The notes under the pieces: generated by a model
Seen by the model: the letters and a program-made list of their open reading frames with translations, nothing else
The model's database searches: none
Told to the model about the DNA's origin: nothing
Shown: one piece after another, positions 40,857-52,891 of the stretch
Numbering within the stretch: the stretch's first letter is position 1
Layout of the letters: every line of letters starts with the position of its first letter
DNA from: Glycera tridactyla
Lineage: Eukaryota
NCBI GenBank assembly: GCA_965644265.1
Contig: OZ286462.1
Span: forward strand, 41,788,001 to 41,852,000
Reading direction: 5' to 3'
DNA: 64,000 bases
Made by a program: the position numbers and the translations under genes

Positions 40857-42570
40857 AATAATTTTGAGTTTCGAGGGATGAAACTGGATGTATATACAAG
40901 GATGGACAGTGTATTTGTACAGTGAAACCTATATGCAATGCTGGACCGTGAATCCTGCTTTTTGAACAGTGGTCGATTTTGTTAAAGGGATGAAGAATCA
41001 TCATCGATGATGTTGCTTTGATGATTATTGCAAATGAATTCAAAAGTTTTGAATATGCCCATGATTTTTTTATCAATTGTGGAATTAACATTGCTGGCAA
41101 TTGTTTGGTTTATATTCTGATAAAATAATAAGATAGGCTGCAGTATGGTCACATGGGAGAGAGAGAGAGAGAATGTGTGTGTCTATGTCCGTGTTGGTGT
41201 CTGTGTCTGTGTCNNNNNNNNNNNNNNNNNNNNNNNNNNNNNNNNNNNNNNNNNNNNNNNNNNNNNNNNNNNNNNNNNNNNNNNNNNNNNNNNNNNNNNN
41301 NNNNNNNNNNNNNNNNNNNNNNNNNNNNNNNNNNNNNNNNNNNNNNNNNNCGAAAACAAGAACGAGAACATGCAGATATGTGTGTGTGTCCAAGTGTGTG
41401 ATTTTTATCATCTTTTGTTTACTGTTACCCAGCAATATAGATAGCAGTGCATCTCTATTATGATTTAACCAGTCTAAAATGAATGGAATGAACTACAGGG
41501 ATGATTTTACAATAGTAATTTCTGTGAGACTAAATCTGTTATTGAACTAGAATGTATTCTCTCTGAGTTTTGGTGGTAAATGTATCACCATAATGTTACC
41601 AGTTTGAAAACCGGCCTTTATTTCAGCAGATATTGAAGTACAAATTTCTCCCCATCATTTCAGAAATATAGTATGACCTTTAGGGCAACAAACTACTCTA
41701 TATGAACACAAAATGTGCTGAAAACCACCCACTCTTATCGACGATCTTGAGCGGTATCGCTGATCTCATGTCCAAATTCTCTTTCCCTAGCTACCTTTCA
41801 GTAATATGATATCTGATTTGTGATCCATCCCAATCTTTCATTGTTTTCTGGTATAATTCTGATTGGCTCACATATTTGAAATCTGAATGTTGTGTGTTAC
41901 TCACAAGATCAGTTGATAGTTAGAGTACTGGTATATCAAAAGTTTCTTGGAGGTACAGAGATGAACATTTCTCAACAGGACATTGTCTTTGCATGGGACA
42001 TTCATAAATCAACATTTTTCTTGATCTCACTCATCTAATGTGTAACATCTTTATTTCTGTGAAAGTATTCTGCAGATTGAGATATATGTACAACTAATGA
42101 TGTGCCCTACCATACAAACATACATCCTGTTTCTACAGATGAGATACACATGGTATACTCAATCTTCTGTTTCAATACATGCCATACAACTCTAATCAAT
42201 CAATCAGTCATCATACAATGGTGAAATCATACCACTACATATATGATTCAAGTGTTCCTCACAGGGTTTTGTATTTCTCTCATTCTTGTGTTCATGCCTC
42301 CTCTACATATCCCAGTCTCACTGTAAAGTTATCACATGGAACGAGGGTTGGTACTGTTGGCGATCCTGTAAATGAATTGCACAGTGGGGCAGTACCATTT
42401 GTAATTTCTACATAGCAGTATTGAGGACTGCTTCAACAGCTATTAACTGTATTATATTTTGTATAGTTGTATATAAATCAGTATGTACATATCATTTGAT
42501 CATATTTATAAGAAACAAGCAATTTACATGCATTTGTTTTCATAAAGTATTAAACTAATACATACAAATA
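40857..42570 (+). other. Probable protocadherin 3' UTR
   Basis: AT-rich stretch after the stop, with a TGTA-rich region and ATTAAA near 42549. The end point is inferred. Confidence 0.45.
41214..41350. other. Assembly gap (137 N) flanked by GA/TG microsatellite-like sequence
   Basis: Run of N seen directly. Confidence 0.99.
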
Positions 42571-43747
42571 CATGTCTTTGCTTCTTTGTTGGCATTACAC
42601 TGATATAGCCAGAATGAAACTTGAGTGTCTGTGAAATATATGATGTTCCCGTGTTTGTCTTGGTCAAGAAGGCATGATCAAACAAACGGCTTAGGTAATA
42701 CATTGCAAATCTCAACTTGTGATGCAGATGGATGAACCAACCAAGAAATGTGGATTCGCATGGCCAGGGCTAAGGAGGAGAGCTGTAAGAATGGTGTCAG
42801 AAAAATGGCAAGGTGACTGTAAACCCAATATCCTGTGGCAATTGCATGATGTCTCAATATTGCAATATTGTCTCAATATGGTGCTCAACTTGAGATGGGC
42901 TGAAAAGGAGTGATAGACCAATGCCCTAGATGAAACTATGTTTCAGGATACACCATTGAAATGTACAGATTACATTAGCAGTGCCTTCCTCATTTATCAA
43001 ATGACTGGACCTGATTGCAAGGGAATACTAATTCTCACCTTCATCAAATTCAAGGCCTTCCATGTTTACCAAAGAGCCAGACCTAACATTACGGGAATAA
43101 TGAGGCATTCGTTCATTCTGGTTTCATGTCATGCCAAGTTCATTTGTGCTATATTGTGACATCAATATCGATGGGAACATTCAAGACTCCTACTTCTTGG
43201 TCCCCAACGGAAGGGAGAAATCTGATATCCACAGACACCCAAGGTGCCATTTCTGTATCTGACCTTCATCAGACGAGACAGTAGTGAGTGACCAAGAACT
43301 CCCATCTTTACTGAATGGCCAGAGCTGACTTTAAGAGTGTACCCACAACCTTGACCATCACCAGATAGACAGGAGAGGGGTGAGGACTAAGAACTCCCAT
43401 CGTCACATCATGGAATGCCAAGTTCTACCTGACTAAATATTAACATTGGACAGGGATTGAAGCTATTGAGGCAACTGACTAAAGAAAATTACCAAGATAC
43501 AAGCGGTCATTTTTGGGAACATACGAAAAAGATGTGGAATACTATACCCCTTGTCTCCACCAAAATAGTGGGCTATATGGCCTTCATGATATAGCTTGTT
43601 AGGAAACGTCAAATATAGGGTTTGTGAATGTGATGAATTTTCACCTTCCATTGGGGACGCAGTGGGAAGAGACTGGTATGCTTCACAACATTGCACATTT
43701 GGCACTGACATGATAAACCAGAACCAATCTACCAATTGCTTTCACAT

Positions 43748-44475
43748 CCACCACTATATCTGACAGCTATCTCAGGAAGGAATAACGTTACACAGGGACT
43801 ACCTGATCCCCATTGCAAAGCTCAATAGAATCAGTCAGTCAATGTTTCCACCACTATATCTGGAAGCTATCTATGAAAGGAATAATATTACACAGGGACA
43901 ACATGATCCTCATTTCAGACCTGGATAGGATTAGTCAATCCTTGTGTCTATCGTCCACCACTATCTCTGGAACCTATCTCAGGAAGTAATAACGATACAC
44001 AGGAACAAAATGATCCACATTGCAAACCTTGATAGGATTAGTCAATCAATATGTCCATCGTCCACCTAGAGCTATATCTGGAAGCTAGCTCAGGAACGAA
44101 TAACAATCCACAGGGACAACATGATCCACATTGCAAACCATGATAGAATTAGTCAATCAATATGTCCATCGTCCACCTCTATATCTGGAAGCTAGCTCAG
44201 GAAGGAATAATGCTACACAGGGACTACCTGACCCACATTACAAACCTTGATAGAATTAGTCAATCCTTGTGTCTATTGTCCACCTCATCCACATTACAAA
44301 ACTTGATAGAATTAGTCAATCAATATGTCCATCGTCCACTATATCTGGAAGCTATGTCAAGACGTAGTCATGTTCCAGGTAGAATACATGACCTTCAGGA
44401 CAAAACTTGCCGGATTTAGTCAATCATTGTTACCATATCCACATCTGGAACATTTCTGGAACATATCTCAGGAAA
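43748..44475. repeat. Diverged tandem array, ~6-7 units of ~100-111 bp
   Basis: Recurring ccac..tatatctggaagcta.ctcaggaa...acaggga...gatccacattgcaaac..tgatag.attagtcaatc; unit starts near 43748, 43848, 43955, 44062, 44173, 44280, 44336. Confidence 0.85.
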
Positions 44476-45397
44476 TGATGAGGCATTTGCATTCACCCCT
44501 ATGTTGAAAGTTTTGCTTTTTGATGTTTCGAGGGTGGTTATTCTGTCATACTGATTGAAAATCTCTTTCTTCGAGTACGGTGCTCTGCGCATGAGCATTG
44601 TTTTGTTCTTGCTAGTAACATATTCGGATGCATCATACACAGTTTCTTTAGCTTGGTTTCTGTGAATTTCATAGATGTTGATCATCCGTTGAGGACCCAG
44701 ATGGAGGAGTATTGTAAGATCACATGCGCCCATGCTGATTACAGGGGCCTCTCAATATAACACACATGGCGCTGACGTAACGTCAACCCAGAGGCAAGCA
44801 ACGAAAGGTTTCGGTCCCCGATACCCTTTACTTGTGGATATGATGTGTATTGAGGAAAATTAGAGCATTGTGTGAGTTACATCATTGGATTTATCCGGTT
44901 TATGTGTGACATGTAGAGTTGTGTGTGAACTTTCGACTACTTCCATTCGGCAACCAGTTTTCCTTCCCAATCCTCTTGTTTTCGGGGGTTGTAAGAGTGG
45001 TACATATAGGGGGAAAGAACATCCAAATTCCATAGAAAGAGATCACTCGGCATACATTATGCATTGTTTTAAAAAATGCCTTTAAACTCAAACTAATCAA
45101 TCTATCACTACGTAATGCAGCCCTATAACATATGGCTATTTTCGCGATGTTTTGAGCTTCACGTTAAGATGGGTTGTATTAAACAACATAAGGACACCAG
45201 TATACAATTTCAAGTGATAATTTTCGCCAGTCACGGTACGACGACCCACCCCTTATCACCATCGGGGCAGGTGTTGGTGTTGAGGGGTTAGTTTAAGTTT
45301 AGAGGCAGAGGTGGGAGTGGTGAACGTAACACGGCGTGTTGATGATCAGATTTATGCGTTTAATTGTGTAGTAACATTAGAGGAGGTGAGTGCGGCG

Positions 45398-46298
45398 TTT
45401 TTGTGGTAAGACGGCCTTGGCCGGATTCCACATTCAGGGCAAGTGCTTCTCTGAGATTGCAAAACGGTGGTGTTTGTTTATCTGGAATTGAAAGGGTCCT
45501 ACCAAGTGAGGAAATGCCAGCATTTTGAACTCCATTCAGGGTATGACTGAATAGATGAAAAATATATTGTTTGATTTGGGTGACCGAAATTGGATGTTAT
45601 TTTACCAATATGCAATAATACAGAGACAAAGGTGAACAATTTTTGACATTCGTGGGCCGCCATAAGCTGACATGGGATACAGAGAGTGCATGAAACTCTC
45701 GACCACTTTACAAATATTCATTCATACAGGCAAGGTAGACCATCAAATTATCAAATGGCACGCATGTTGTTTGTTTATTGTTAATGCAAGTAGAAGCTGG
45801 CATCGGATTCACATTTGGGCTATTGACTGAGATTGTTTATGGAATTTCACTCCGGTAACACCTGGCATATTAAAGGCTTCAGCAGCACTTCCTGAGCATG
45901 CTTGTGTGTTGGTCAGTGCAGGTTAGCTAGGTCAGCGTGCTCATTTCAGTATGTACTCAGTGTTCAACTCTGTTCCAGGTTCAGATGCCTCGCGCACATT
46001 CCCATAGCTCCACTAACTGGGCCTCACTTCCTATCCCCTATCCCAACTGTGAATGAAACTGACTGTAGGCACACAGTCGGCTGTCACGCCTCCCCCTCCT
46101 CAAGCTCACTGGAGCTAGAGGGGTGGCTGGCAGGCAGGGAGCACCAGTCAGACTAACGCAGGCCACCGCCGCCACTGCTGGGCACAACACACGCTGTCCA
46201 ACACCTGAGCAGGAACAGCATCTTGTAAACACAGTACACATGGTCCCACCACATGGACTTCTATTGTACATTGTATCTCACCCATTTACTGCTGCTTC

Positions 46299-46336
<38 letters not shown>

Positions 46337-47052
46337 TGGGTGTGGGTGTGGATGTGTGTGGTGTGTGGGTGTGTGTGTGTGCCCACCCTCCTACCCATCC
46401 ACCCACCTACACCCGCACACAGCTAACTACCCACCTACCCATCCAACCACTCACCCACCTACCCACCCAACTACCCACCCACCTACCCACCCACCTACCT
46501 AACCACCCATCTACCTACCCACCCACCCACCTACCAACCCACCTACTGACCTACTCACCCACCCACCTACCTGCCCTTCTGCCCACCCACCTACCCAACC
46601 ACCCACCTATGCACCCACCTACCCACCCACTTATCTACCCACCCACCCACCTATCCACCAACCTACCCGCCCAGCTACCAAGCTACCCATCCATCGACTT
46701 ACCCACGCCTACCTACCCAACTACCCACCCACTTACCTACCCACCCATCTACCCACCCACCCAGCTACCCACCCACCCAACTACCTACCCACCCAACTAC
46801 CACCACACCCATCTACCTACCCACCTACCCAACCTCCTACCCACCCACCTACCTACCCACCCACCACCCACCTACCCACCTATATATTCACCCACCTATC
46901 TTCTCACCCACCTACCTACCCACCCACCTACCCACCAACCGACACCCACCCACCTACCCACCATCCTACCCACCATCCTACCCACCAACTAACCACCCAA
47001 CCATCAAGTTCATCCGCTTGCCGCTTACCATTTCAGGCCTACAGGCCTAGTT
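45398..47052 (+). repeat. Left arm of long inverted duplication
   Basis: Reverse complement of 47283-48543, apart from a 224-bp block (45489-45712) and a ~175-bp TG/CCCA block present only here. Confidence 0.93.
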
Positions 47053-47282
47053 CTTTTCTAGTATAAAGACGGGCAATTAGTGAGTGATATTCGAGTTGGT
47101 CTGTCATTGAGGATGGAGGCTATACATAACAACCTGATGACATTCGCCATACCACATCCTTCTGCCCAACAGATGCAGATGCTGACATTCCATCCTTCCC
47201 CCACTTCACAACCATTCAGCCTCCCTACATTTAATGTGAATTTTGCTGCCAGGGAGAGGAAAATAGGAGGGGGAGAGAGACA

Positions 47283-48543
47283 AACTAGGCCTGTAGGCCT
47301 GAAATGGTAAGCGGCGAGCGGATGAACTTGATGGTTGGGTGGTTAGTTGGTGGGTCGGATGGTGGGTAGGTGGGTGGGTGTCGGTTGGTGGGTAGGTGGG
47401 TGGATAGGTAGGTGGGTGAGTAGATAGGTGGGTGAATATATAGGTGGGTAGGTGGGTGGTGGGTGGGTAGGTAGGTGGGTGGGTAGGTGGGTGGGTAGGA
47501 GGTTGGGTAGGTGGGTAGGTAGATGGGTGTGGCGGTAGTTGGGTGGGTAGGTGGTTGGGTGGGTGGGTAGCTGGGTGGGTGGGTAGATGAGTGGGTAGGT
47601 AAGTGGGTGGGTAGTTGGGTAGGTGGGTAGGTAGGCGTGGGTAAGTCGATGGATGGGTAGCTTGGTAGCTGGGCGGGTAGGTTGGTGGGTAGGTGGGTGG
47701 GTGGGTAGATAAGTGGGTGGGTAGGTGGGTGCATAGGTGGGTGGGTGGGCAGAAGGGCAGGTAGGTGGGTGGGTGGGTAGGTCAGTAGGTGGGTTGGTAG
47801 GTGGGTGGTGGGTGGGTGGGTAGGTAGATGGGTGGTTAGGTAGGTGGGTTGGTAGGTGGGTGGGTAAGAAGCAGCAGTAAATGGGTGAGATACAATGTAC
47901 AATAGAAGTCCATGTGGTGGGACCATGTGTACTGTGTTTACAAGATGCTGTTCCTGCTCAGGTGTTGGACAGCGTGTGTTGTGCCCAGCAGTGGCGGTGG
48001 TGGCCTGCGTTAGTCTGACTGATGCTCCCTGCCTGCCAGCCACCCCTCTAGCTCCAGTGAGCTTGAGGAGGGGGAGGCGTGACAGCCGACTGTGTGCCTA
48101 CAGTCGGTTTCATTCACAGTTGGGATAGGGGATAGGAAGTAAGGCCCAGTTAGTACAGAGCTATGGGAATGTGCGCGAGGCATCTGAACCTGGAACAGAG
48201 TTGAACACTGAGTACATACTGAAATGAGCAAGCTGACCTAGCTAACCTGCACTGACCAACACACAAGCATGCACATGAAGTGCTGCTGAAGCCTTTAATA
48301 TGCCAGGTGTTACTGGAGTGAAATTCCATAAACAATCTCAGTCAATAGCCCAAATGTGAATCCGATGCCAGCTTCTATTTGCATTAACAATAAACAAACA
48401 ACATGCGTGCCATTTGATAATTTGATGGTCTACCTTGCCTGTATGAATGAATATTCCAGATAAACAAACACCACCATTTTGCAATCTCAGCAAAGCACTT
48501 GCCCTGAATGTGGAATCCGGCCAAGGCCGTCTTACCACAAAAA
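47283..48543 (-). repeat. Right arm of long inverted duplication
   Basis: aactaggcctgtaggcctgaaatggtaag...ggccgtcttaccacaaaaa mirrors the left arm, with scattered substitutions. Confidence 0.93.
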
Positions 48544-48619
48544 GGGAGGGAAGTAAGTGGGTGAAAGGAGAGAGAAGATGGTCGTAGAGTGAGAAAAAGA
48601 GCTTTAGCCAGAAGAGTTG

Positions 48620-48800
48620 ATTGACTGCTTGATTGATGTTTGACGCCATGTATCAACCTAAAGGATTATGTTCCGGGTCAATGAAGGCTAGATGTTCTGT
48701 CCCCTGCAGGCATCCCTCACACAAACCCTGAACATGAGATGATGGGCCTGAAAGGTTGTGAAGTGGAAGTAGCTGACTGTTCGGACACATCTCGAACTAC
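48620..48800 (-). mobile_element. SINE-like family R1 copy
   Basis: The reverse complement ends ggttgatacatggcgtcaaacatcaatcaa...; body matches 50-230 and 63790-63990. Confidence 0.7.
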
Positions 48801-48899
48801 TCAACATGAACAAACGAGGGGGGGGGGGGAGAGAGGGGAGTAAGGGGCCGGAAGGAGATAGAAGAGGGTGGCAGAGAGGGAAATATAGCTAGAGGGGTT

Positions 48900-49215
48900 C
48901 ATTGATTGGTTGATTGTGGTTTAACCGCATGGGTGCCATGTGTTCCTTGTCAATGGAAGCTAGATGTTCTGTCCGCTGTAGACATCACTTACACAAACCC
49001 TGAACACTAGCCATTTCACCTTCCGTTGGGGACCCAGAAGGAGGAGTCTTGGAAGATCCCACTCATGCCCATTGCATGGGCGTCACAATATAGCCCAGAT
49101 GGTGCTGACGTGACGTTAAAGCAGAACTAACCAACCAACCAACCAACTGAACACTAGATGATGAGGATGCTGAAGTGGAAGTAGCTGACAATTCAGACAC
49201 ATCTCTACCTACCAA
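48900..49215 (-). mobile_element. SINE-like family R1 copy interrupted by R2
   Basis: agctagatgttctgtcc...aaaccctgaacactag [R2] atgatgagg...gtggaagtagctgac. Confidence 0.7.
49011..49146 (+). mobile_element. 5'-truncated R2 retroelement inserted into an R1 copy, with 11-bp TSD
   Basis: Flanked by CTGAACACTAG at 49000-49010 and 49147-49157; ends in an (AACC)n tail. Confidence 0.8.
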
Positions 49216-50870
49216 AACTGAATCTAATGATGGCATATTTAACTATGTGACCGGCTGGGAGCAATGTTTTCTTCTTTAGCAAATTCAGCGCAGCAGTTGA
49301 AACAAGAAAAAAATATTAGGTTCGTAGAATACTTGACCATTGTGTTCAATTACAAACTGACAACTTCAAACTAGCTTTATGATTATTGGTACCCTATGTT
49401 TGCGGTACAATGCCATCCCACATCTTAGTAAACCTAGTCGCAACCCTAGTAATCCAGATCTGGTGTGCCTGTTACGGCAGACAGGCGGACTGACCGATAA
49501 TCCAACTAGCCGGTCAGCCAGCCAACCAACCTCATATCATCAGAGTCTAATACAGCACCACCACAACTAATGATGGTAGCAATAATGATAATAATAACAA
49601 TAAAATAATCATGATAGTGATTCTAGTAGTAGTAGTCCCACTCTTGAGATGACCTCTACCATCATGAAGATGACAACGGACATCACAAATGTCAAAATCG
49701 ACCAGGATCTCAGTGAACTCCCACTCAACCGATTCTCAGTTCGAGTCACCTGCATGGCTAAATGGAGAGACCTCTCTGGTAACAGGTATGGGCATGCAGA
49801 ATTTCAAGCGTTGGAAATTAGTGGACTGTGAAACGTCCAGCCATAAAGCCAGCGCGATGACCAACGACTATCTTTGGTCAGATTGACGCTGTCCTTTATT
49901 GTCATTCTTCTTGAATGTTTTATGAGTGGCAGACATGTTTTTATGCTTTTCTATTTTGAATAATGGCGTGACTGCTGTGTCCACTCACTATCTGACTATA
50001 AATACTCACCAAGTCAAGTTAGACGTGAGTGTCCACCAAATGTTCACGATCTGTTAGGGAACTTTGGGGTAGAGTTCTCAATGATGCCGCTCGTGCCAAG
50101 TAGAGGAGCGTCTCAATATAGCCAATGTGGAGAGAAGTGGGGAGATCTGAGAGTGCGTTCCCTGAAAGACTACATGCAGCGATCACCTAAGATTCTACTT
50201 GAGGATAATCGACATTGCATATGAAAAGGCAAGGGGAATGGCGAAATAACCCTCCTTATGAAGGTTAACAGCATTAATTTCAGAATTTTCCACTAGGGTA
50301 TTTCACTGTATTGACACAAGGTGACACTTGCAGTGAGCTGACTTCCGGTTCCTGTTGCTATTACTACCATAGAAATCTATGAGAGTGTGGAACTGTGGAA
50401 TATATTTCGAAGTGCTTTTTTCTGGTCAAGGTGATACATCCAATTCGGTAAGTCATTCATATCATCGCATGTATCTAATGAATTGCAAATATTCCTACAG
50501 TAGGCCGACACCACATATGCTTGAACTACAGCCAGTACAGAATCAACTATGATTTACTAAGAATTCATTATCATAGCTTATTGGTTTCCAGAATTATACT
50601 TCAAACGAACCCAAAATCCTCAAGTATGAAAGGCTTTCCCTATCTGTATTACAGAATTTGGTTGAACTAATTATAATAGGCATCTCCAATAGTTGCCACT
50701 AGGTGTCACTCTAACCAGTAGGCATCTCTCTGAATTGCTACTAATGTCTATACCACCAAGGCTAACCCCAAAACCATGGTTTTAATATCCCAGGTAGGTG
50801 CTCATGCAATCACATAACAGTGATGGTGCACCTCATGCCTGTATCCAATTTCCAGCCCAACACATACGGC

Positions 50871-50892
50871 GGGGGGGGGGGGGGGGGGGGGG
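50871..50892. repeat. Poly-G run (22 nt)
   Basis: Seen directly. Confidence 0.95.
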
Positions 50893-51057
50893 TCAGTCAT
50901 GTAGTCTGTGACCTGGTATAGCTATATGTACACTGCATACACGCTAGCTGTCCCACGCTTATCAGTCACCAATCCCATGATCAGCCACAACAACCCTTTA
51001 ACATTTGGGTCAAGTGTGAAGATGTCAATGACTTGACATTTTGCGATGGTTGATGGC

Positions 51058-51058
<1 letters not shown>

Positions 51059-51117
<59 letters not shown>
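51059..51117. repeat. (TG)n microsatellite
   Basis: Seen directly. Confidence 0.97.
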
Positions 51118-51118
<1 letters not shown>

Positions 51119-51899
51119 TGGAGGTGGGGGTTGATACATAAATAATGTTGTATGCTTGCTAACTAGATAGCTGTCATCGGACCACGCCCCCTAGCGCCCA
51201 CTGCAAGACCTAGCTGTGTTTGTTATTCATCCTGTGCGCGATGGCAGATGCTCCAGTCAGCATTATCTCCCACCTATTCCACAATCACCCATGAATATTA
51301 TGTTTTTTTTATCTTATTATTGATAGTGGTAGTAGTTATATTGGGTCAATATGTATGAAATTGGAGAAAAGATCGGTTTGTAATGCGTGACCAATCGATA
51401 CCTATCTAGACTTCTGTGTTTATTGAAAGAAATGTTCCAAAACTTTTCTGACTGCCTTGAATGTATTAAAGACACTTCTCCGTCCCAGGACAGAATGTGG
51501 CAAAATAACACAATAATTACGACTTAGTTATAGTAAAGCATGATAGCTACCGCTATAGCCAAATAATATAGACAGATTTCATTGGCTTCGCATAGCTTAA
51601 GAAATCCCCTTCATATCATGACCGGTTCCATATGAATATACCCCCCATCTAGGGACCACAAACTAGCCACAAAACACATCCACAAGATAGGAGGGACCAA
51701 TTCAATCACAGGTAAAGGGTTGCCCTCTATCAAGATTTGAACTCTCAGCCCCCACGCCCCCTCTCATGTCGTTAATGCAGTTTTGACTGCATTGTTAACA
51801 GGCACTGACACATGCTTGGGATTCTTATATTTCAACATGATCAAAGGGAATGATCTCAAGATCAATGTAGTATGCGTATATAAACATGACTGGGCTTCA

Positions 51900-52560
51900 A
51901 TGTTGGTTGGTTTAATCATCTGTATCCAAGGTTATGGTTGCCATGGCAACCAACAAAATAGAGAATTCTCCTGAAATCGTACATTTTGCAATTTCGCCAT
52001 GAGTTTCCAGCAGATAGATATGAATGTTGCATGTAATTATATTCAGATACTTGGCCTGTAACAAATCCTATGGGGGGCTACTCGAATTTCTTTGTAGTTT
52101 TCTCAATTTTCAATGACAAATGCCCTCTGATTTTGAAAAATGACCTTTTTCCATCTTTATTCCATGATATTATGGAAAAATATTCTGAAATCTCAGTAGC
52201 CCCCCCTATGAACTGATAGAGACCTCCAAGATGAACAAAATAATGTGCTACTTCTGTATGTAACCCCTCAGGACTCATTCCGGATTTCAAAAATGTGGAA
52301 TTTCAGGTGGAATTTCTAGGTTGCCATGGTTGCCATGGCAACCAAACTCTGAACTAATTTGTTGAACTCTGCTCGAATAAAAGCTCAACCTTTCAGGTCA
52401 TATGATGATCAGACAAGTGCCATTTAATATAAAGATATTCATGGTCAAAATATGGAATAAACATGAATGAGCAGGGTCAGGTTTGAATATACCATAGATT
52501 GCATTAATGAAATGAGCTCCCCCACAAAAATGAGCCAAAAATGACGCCATGAGTTTTAAC
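51900..52560. mobile_element. Probable non-autonomous DNA element with X-box palindromes and an internal inverted repeat
   Basis: GGTTGCCATGGCAACC occurs twice; inverted pair ggggggctact (~52073) / agtagcccccc (~52195). Ends not resolved. Confidence 0.4.
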
Positions 52561-52709
52561 CTTCCAACCTACGCAATTGCTGATGGCAACATCGAAATGA
52601 TCAGAACAGTTCAGATCCCTACAGTGTTACCTGGCTGAAATGGCATTCATCCACCAAAATAGCCAAACATAAAGGTTCAATTCGTATTCTGGTTAGCACA
52701 GCATACGGA

Positions 52710-52891
52710 TACAGTCGAACCTCCCTATAAAGACCGCCTTTGGTCGCAAAAGAAAGTGGCCTTTATAGGGAGGTGGTCTTTATAGAGAGGTCATTTACTG
52801 TTGAAAATACTGCCACGGTCGCAGTCCAGGGCGGTCTTTATAGGGAGGTGGTCTTTATAGAGAGGTGGTCTTTAGAGGAGGTTCGACTGTA
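52710..52891. mobile_element. MITE family M1, young copy with perfect terminal inverted repeats
   Basis: TACAGTCGAACCTCC...GGAGGTTCGACTGTA (15 bp perfect, including TA); opposite orientation to the 13594 copy. Confidence 0.88.

Noticed and set aside
41085-41463. ORFs spanning the N run
   Set aside because: Artefacts of the assembly gap and flanking microsatellite.
45978-46156. Coding exon inside the inverted arms (ctgttccag|GTTCAG...)
   Set aside because: The two arms differ by a 2-nt indel here (ctccactaac vs ctctgtactaac), there is no recognisable domain, and no partner exons were found.
46123-48043. 289-aa and 252-aa Pro/Thr/His-rich ORFs
   Set aside because: They are translations of CCCA/CCTA and TG repeats, which lack stops on the C-rich strand; they mirror each other only because of the inversion.
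45380-48560. Bona fide Foldback transposon
   Set aside because: No target-site duplication is visible at the outer ends and no transposase remnant lies in the spacer; kept only as an inverted duplication.
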